Assembly (NCBI GenBank): GCA_963934255.1
Contig: CAWVXU010000050.1
Span: 1-19,588 of the forward strand
Reading direction: 5' to 3'
Origin: an uncultured Fibrobacterales bacterium
GTDB lineage: Bacteria > Fibrobacterota > Fibrobacteria > Fibrobacterales > CAWVXU01
Length of the DNA stretch: 19,588 nt
Shown: one piece after another, positions 15,573 to 19,588 of the stretch
Layout of the letters: the number at the start of each line of letters is the position of its first letter
Position numbering within the stretch: position 1 is the first letter of the stretch
Made by a program: the position numbers and the translations under genes
The notes under the pieces: generated by a model
Seen by the model: only the letters and a program-made list of their open reading frames with translations
What the model was told of the DNA's origin: nothing
Databases searched by the model: none

Positions 15573-16914
15573 TTTTTACCACCATTGATGATAGATCTAT
15601 GTCGTCAACAAACACTTTATTCCCAATAATATCGTCTTGTACCAATAGCTTACAGCCTGGAGCCATGAAAGTAACGTCTGGGTGGACTTTTTTATGTACA
15701 CAAATACAAACACCATCAGCTCGCCTTGATTCTTCCACACGAAACTTAATTTGTTCGTCTAGTCTAGCTAATTTAGCCCGATGTGAAGCCAATAGATTCA
15801 AGTCTATAACAACTTGATCAGTATTATTTTCCGGGATTTGACCCTGGGCAAGAAATAAACGGCTTCGTTGGAACACTCCATCAACTTCATTCAACATTTT
15901 ATCAAAGGCTTCTTGTAATAAAATAATTTCATAATTTGTTCGCACCGTAATCCGCGTATTTACGCCAGACTCTGATCCAATTTCCATTGATTCGACACCC
16001 TTAATGGAAACAACTTCACCCCCAATTATAGATCCTCTTTCGATTCTCACTCGCCCTAAAGAATAAGTTTTACAATGCAACAAATTCTTAGTTATACAAA
16101 TATCGCCCTTTGATGTTAAGTTTGAATTGCTGGCAAAACCTAATTCCATACCGCCTTTGGTGTAAATATGACAATTACCTTTTCCGATAATACCCTTTTT
16201 AACCCGAAGTAAGCCACCAATATTAACTGTTGCGTCGCCAATGACACCTGCAACATCAAGCATACCACTGCATTTAACTGTAAAACCATCGGATATTGAG
16301 CCTTTAATTAAGACACTACCGGGGAAATCAATATTACCTGTTTCCAAACAGACATCTCCATTTATTTCAAGTAAATTAGATACTTCTAACTTGTTTAAAA
16401 TAAAACTAGGACGCCCCTCATTGATGGCAAAGAATTTATTCCCTTCTTTTCGCACTCCATCGCCCACTGTATAACTTAAAGACTCACCTAACAAACCAGG
16501 TAACTCCTGACCAAAAATATTAACGCCGGAAACACCTTTTTGGGCAGGAATATATTCTCCTAAGAGATCGCCTGCTTTAACTAGAGGTATTTGCATTGCC
16601 TCTTTGTAGTCAATTTTATTGGCATCTGGGTCGGCGACAAACACCGGAACACTACTCATGTCAATTTCAAATTTTAATTGCGCATTGATTGGCGTACCAC
16701 ACAAACGACCACTAGCAACGGTGACTGATTCAAGGCACTCATTAATTGCAAATGCCGTAATAATTGCTTCTTGATCAATACCATAAACAATCCCAAGCTC
16801 TTTTAGCCTTGCTTTTGCTTCTTGCTTGTTTTTTACACCAGTCCCAACTTCCGAGACGGGCTCAAAAGTGGCTTTCATGTTGTCAACTGCAGGTTTAATC
16901 ACAAAATGAGGCAT
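15565..16914 (-). CDS. FapA family (DUF342) protein
   Basis: LKELGIVYGID, KIDYKE...VKAGDLL...GVNIFG, INGDVCLETGNIDFPGSVLIKGSISDGFTVK, beta-helix G-rich repeats, SIIGGEV...IGSESGVNTRI, then a coiled coil and C-terminal VHPDV. Confidence 0.9.
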   Translation of the reverse strand: MPHFVIKPAVDNMKATFEPVSEVGTGVKNKQEAKARLKELGIVYGIDQEAIITAFAINECLESVTVASGRLCGTPINAQLKFEIDMSSVPVFVADPDANKIDYKEAMQIPLVKAGDLLGEYIPAQKGVSGVNIFGQELPGLLGESLSYTVGDGVRKEGNKFFAINEGRPSFILNKLEVSNLLEINGDVCLETGNIDFPGSVLIKGSISDGFTVKCSGMLDVAGVIGDATVNIGGLLRVKKGIIGKGNCHIYTKGGMELGFASNSNLTSKGDICITKNLLHCKTYSLGRVRIERGSIIGGEVVSIKGVESMEIGSESGVNTRITVRTNYEIILLQEAFDKMLNEVDGVFQRSRLFLAQGQIPENNTDQVVIDLNLLASHRAKLARLDEQIKFRVEESRRADGVCICVHKKVHPDVTFMAPGCKLLVQDDIIGNKVFVDDIDLSSMVVKNE

Positions 16915-16934
16915 AATATTATTCTCCAGTCAAT

Positions 16935-16963
16935 ATTGTATTAACATTTTCGATAGAAATCAA
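16935..16963 (-). promoter_or_regulatory. Putative sigma70 promoter of the FapA / pseudo-receiver unit
   Basis: Minus strand TTGATT (16963-16958), 17-nt spacer, TACAAT (16940-16935). GGAG SD downstream. Confidence 0.65.
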
Positions 16964-16993
16964 CATCTCATTTGAATGAAACAAGCTTGAACG

Positions 16994-17029
16994 AAAAAAA
17001 CCACTTCGCGATTGCGAAGTGGTTTTTTT
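16994..17029 (-). terminator. Intrinsic terminator downstream of the 17052..17732 gene (symmetric, could act bidirectionally)
   Basis: A7-CCACTTCGC-GATT-GCGAAGTGG-T7. Confidence 0.92.
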
Positions 17030-17051
17030 AAGAGTGATTCTTTAGCTGAAC

Positions 17052-17732
17052 TTATGCTTCGTCTTCGAAGCTTGGTGCTTTTTTAACTTGAGCACGACGA
17101 CCGTGTCTAATTTGTTTAGGAGCTTCAACTTTAGGAGCTTCGGCTGCAGTTCCTGCAATTGATGAACTTGCAGACTGCGGAGCTTTTTCTGAATTAGGCT
17201 TTTCACCGCGAGGCGCTAAACTTGGGCGACCCTGCGGAGTTTCAGCTTTAGCGCTTTCCTGTTTAGGAACTTCGATTTTAGACTCAGTGCGAGGAGCCGA
17301 TGACTCATCACTAGAGGCTTGACGAGGCGCTCTTTTTCTTTCTGGTGCAGGAGCATCAGAAATTGGACGTGAACTTTCAACCGGAGCTGAAGCTTGTTCT
17401 GCACTTGCGGCTGGCTGAGAATCATTTGAATGAATCTCAGAAGATGGCTTTAGACGATTACGACCTGATGGGCGTGAATTTTTCTTTGGCGCTTCTTTAT
17501 TCTCATCGCTTTTAGTGCGACGATTACTATTGCGGTTACTACTTTTAGGTGAACGAGCTCCAGGACTTTTATTGTCTTTGAAGCTTTTGTTTACTCCTTT
17601 TAGATTCAGCTCAGGCTTGAGCTTTTTCACAATAGGCTGTTCCACTTGACGAGAGATTTTACCAAGTTTGGTAAGCACAACAACATTCAAGATTACCGAC
17701 AACAACGCTAGTATAGTTGTGATATGTTCCAT
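17052..17732 (-). CDS. Hypothetical protein: N-terminal TM anchor plus long low-complexity (K/R/S/P/A/E-rich) disordered region
   Basis: 226-aa ORF with AAGGA SD, hydrophobic residues 4-23, a downstream terminator and a C-terminal IRHGRR...VKKAPSF motif. Confidence 0.8.
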   Translation of the reverse strand: MEHITTILALLSVILNVVVLTKLGKISRQVEQPIVKKLKPELNLKGVNKSFKDNKSPGARSPKSSNRNSNRRTKSDENKEAPKKNSRPSGRNRLKPSSEIHSNDSQPAASAEQASAPVESSRPISDAPAPERKRAPRQASSDESSAPRTESKIEVPKQESAKAETPQGRPSLAPRGEKPNSEKAPQSASSSIAGTAAEAPKVEAPKQIRHGRRAQVKKAPSFEDEA

Positions 17733-17808
17733 GAATCTTTCAATTCCTTTCCAAATTGGCTATTTACGTGTTTCCTCGCACCAATTCGATATAATTCTTT
17801 GTTTTGAT

Positions 17809-18003
17809 TTATTTCTTTGAGCCATCAGCAGGGTCGGCATTGTATGCGCCTTTTAACCCGTTTAACTTTGCTTCAGCTTCATTCAGGACCTTTTCTACTC
17901 TTTCAACTTGCTTAGACAGCAGAATCACTCTACTCAAGACCACTAAAGCAAAGATGAACAATAAGAATATTGTCAGTCCGAATATTACTTTTAAGAAAAA
18001 CAC
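17809..18003 (-). CDS. Small hypothetical membrane protein with short coiled coil
   Basis: 64 aa: about 28-residue hydrophobic N-terminus, then heptad-like SKQVERVEKVLNEAEAKLNGL. Co-oriented with the next gene. GTG start uncertain. Confidence 0.6.
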   Translation of the reverse strand: MFFLKVIFGLTIFLLFIFALVVLSRVILLSKQVERVEKVLNEAEAKLNGLKGAYNADPADGSKK

Positions 18004-18126
18004 TTTGTCAAATTAAAAAATAATATAGACTTTTGTAGGATTTATTTTAAGACTCACCCCAAAAGACTTTGTAACACCTCGTTTATCAGATGTAAATTAA
18101 AACTGCACAAAATATCACTGCACTTA

Positions 18127-18155
18127 TTGACACTTGCACATATGTGTAGTATATT
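18127..18155 (+). promoter_or_regulatory. lexA sigma70 promoter
   Basis: Perfect TTGACA (18127-18132), 17-nt spacer, TATATT (18150-18155). GGAGG SD at 18176-18180. Confidence 0.85.
18135..18148. promoter_or_regulatory. LexA operator (SOS box), Fibrobacter-type TGCAC-N4-GTGCA
   Basis: TGCACATATGTGTA palindrome in the -35/-10 spacer of lexA. One mismatch to the TGCAC-N4-GTGCA box described for Fibrobacter succinogenes LexA (recalled from the literature). Confidence 0.8.
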
Positions 18156-18187
18156 AAAAGTTACAATCTTCAACTGGAGGTGTCGAA

Positions 18188-18910
18188 ATGACCACCATCA
18201 AGCCACTCACACAAAGACAAGAAGATATCTTCAGGTATATTCAGGAAAGACTTGAACAAAAAAACCTCCCTCCAACTGTTCGAGAGATTGGTGAACACTT
18301 CAATATTTCCTCCACCAATGGTGTTAGATCTATTTTGACAGCCTTAATCAAAAAGGGCTATATCAAGCGAACCGCCAAATTATCTCGTGGACTTGAAATT
18401 ACACATGAGAATGAGCCTACATCAAGTGCAGATAAGGACTCAAATTCTGCCAAGGACAGCAATTCCATTTTTGACTCAAGAAATATCAAACAAGCAAGTC
18501 AAGACAACTCTATTCAGAGCAATACTGTTGAAATCCCAATTATCGGGAGAGTCGCAGCAGGGACACCCATCATGGCTGTTCAAAACCTTGAAGGTACTGT
18601 AATTGTTGATAGAGATTACTTGATGGCTCGAGGTGATGTATTTGCCCTAAAGGTACAAGGTGACTCAATGATTGAAGCTGGAATTTTTGATGGCGATTTA
18701 GTATTCGCTAAATCTCAAAATACCGCCGAGACTGGCGAAATGATTGTTGCACAAGTCGAGGATGAAGCAACAGTTAAGTACTTTAAACCACAGTCAGATC
18801 ATATCTTATTAGAACCAGCTAACGTAAATTATAGACCTATTACGGTTTCATCCAACAAATCGTTTTCAATAGCAGGTAAAGTAATTGGTGTATTAAGGCG
18901 TATGGGTTAG
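18188..18910 (+). CDS. lexA: SOS transcriptional repressor LexA
   Basis: wHTH (LTQRQEDI...[11 protein letters not shown]...LIKKGYI.R...SRGL), Ala-Gly cleavage site GRVAAGTP, catalytic Ser (VQGDSM) and Lys (ATVKY). Confidence 0.97.
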   Translation: MTTIKPLTQRQEDIFRYIQERLEQKNLPPTVREIGEHFNISSTNGVRSILTALIKKGYIKRTAKLSRGLEITHENEPTSSADKDSNSAKDSNSIFDSRNIKQASQDNSIQSNTVEIPIIGRVAAGTPIMAVQNLEGTVIVDRDYLMARGDVFALKVQGDSMIEAGIFDGDLVFAKSQNTAETGEMIVAQVEDEATVKYFKPQSDHILLEPANVNYRPITVSSNKSFSIAGKVIGVLRRMG

Positions 18911-18918
18911 ATCAGATT

Positions 18919-18956
18919 AAAAAAAGCCATCCAATGAGAATTGGCTGGCTTTTTTT
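18919..18956. terminator. Bidirectional intrinsic terminator between lexA and the convergent gene
   Basis: A7-GCCATCCAAT-GAGA-ATTGGCTGGC-T7. Confidence 0.88.
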
Positions 18957-18978
18957 GATCTTGAATTCGATAAAGTAT

Positions 18979-19588
18979 TTAAACAGCTGCATCATCTGAA
19001 CTTGTATCAGTACCCAAACGATTAGCTGCCTCAAAATTTCGAGCCTCTTTGGATTGACCTAAACGAAGCATGTCTGCACAGAATTGACAGTATCCGAGTT
19101 CACGGTCAATTCGAAATTGTTCTTCGACAGGAAATATACCACATTTAGTACAATTTTGTCCTTCATCTTGCCCCATAGGGCCTGCTGCTTCTTCTTCCAA
19201 TTCTCTTGAAATTCGAGCGACCATTTCCTCTGGAGTTTCACCGATTTTAATTTCAGAATTTCTATTAGAAACAGTTGGTAACTCTGGAATTTTGTTTTCA
19301 GTGTACTTCTTTTTGTTGGCACGCTCTTCTTGTTCATTTAATTCCGTAAAGAAAGGTACTTTCTGAAACTTACGAGAATCAATTATATCTTCGAATTTTA
19401 TAAAGTGAACTAAGGTTGGGATAGATTTTGGGTGAATTTCTTCTTGAACTTCAATTATTTTTGATAAAGGTTTATCGGATTCTAACTTTACCTGGGCCTT
19501 GGTTTTAGCATCGGCAGGCGCCACTTTTTTTTCTGCTACATTTTTTTTGGTAGGTTCCTTAGTTTTTGACTTGTTAATTTTTGGCTTT
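18979..19588 (-). CDS. Hypothetical protein with Lys-rich N-terminal region and C-terminal C4 zinc finger; 5' end outside the window
   Basis: The frame stays open upstream of the GTG at 19524 to the window edge (KPKINKSKTKEPTKKNVAEKKVAPADAKTK...). CTKC-X17-CQFC at 19152-19078. Confidence 0.8.
   Translation of the reverse strand, partial: KPKINKSKTKEPTKKNVAEKKVAPADAKTKAQVKLESDKPLSKIIEVQEEIHPKSIPTLVHFIKFEDIIDSRKFQKVPFFTELNEQEERANKKKYTENKIPELPTVSNRNSEIKIGETPEEMVARISRELEEEAAGPMGQDEGQNCTKCGIFPVEEQFRIDRELGYCQFCADMLRLGQSKEARNFEAANRLGTDTSSDDAAV

Noticed and set aside
11842..16975. Identical 12-mer CATCTCATTTGA in two intergenic regions (11842-11853 and 16964-16975)
   Set aside because: One copy abuts the fapA -35, but the other lies between convergent genes with no matching promoter. 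A single 12-mer match is plausible by chance in AT-rich DNA.
19522..19524. GTG at 19524 as the start of the last ORF
   Set aside because: The frame is open to the window edge with continuing Lys-rich sequence and there is no SD; the true start is probably outside the window.

Overview
AT-rich bacterial chromosomal window of mostly housekeeping and signalling genes. It is probably from a Fibrobacterota-related lineage; this is inferred mainly from a TGCAC-N4-GTGYA operator in the lexA promoter. Gene order: partial M32 carboxypeptidase (-), membrane-anchored PAS-GGDEF-EAL protein (-), short MTHFR/metF (-), ftsK (-), gcvT (-), CHASE2 class III adenylate cyclase with a large insertion (+), type I-beta DAHP synthase (+), outer-membrane beta-barrel (-), rpsA (-), cmk (-), pseudo-receiver protein (-), FapA/DUF342 protein (-), two membrane-anchored hypothetical proteins (-), lexA (+), and a partial Lys-rich C4 zinc-finger protein (-). 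Four clear intrinsic terminators and several sigma70-type promoters are visible. I saw no tRNA, rRNA, CRISPR array, IS, integrase or phage genes, and no clear-cut new defence or mobile system. The best leads are four: (i) an array of palindromes abutting the metF -35 element that closely resembles the lexA auto-operator, (ii) a roughly 230-aa, possibly repeated insertion splitting the CHASE2 domain, (iii) a FapA plus Asp-to-Glu pseudo-receiver module, and (iv) a protein with DksA/TraR-like Cys spacing but no DksA coiled-coil signature. All annotations come from motif recognition by eye; no database searches were run.
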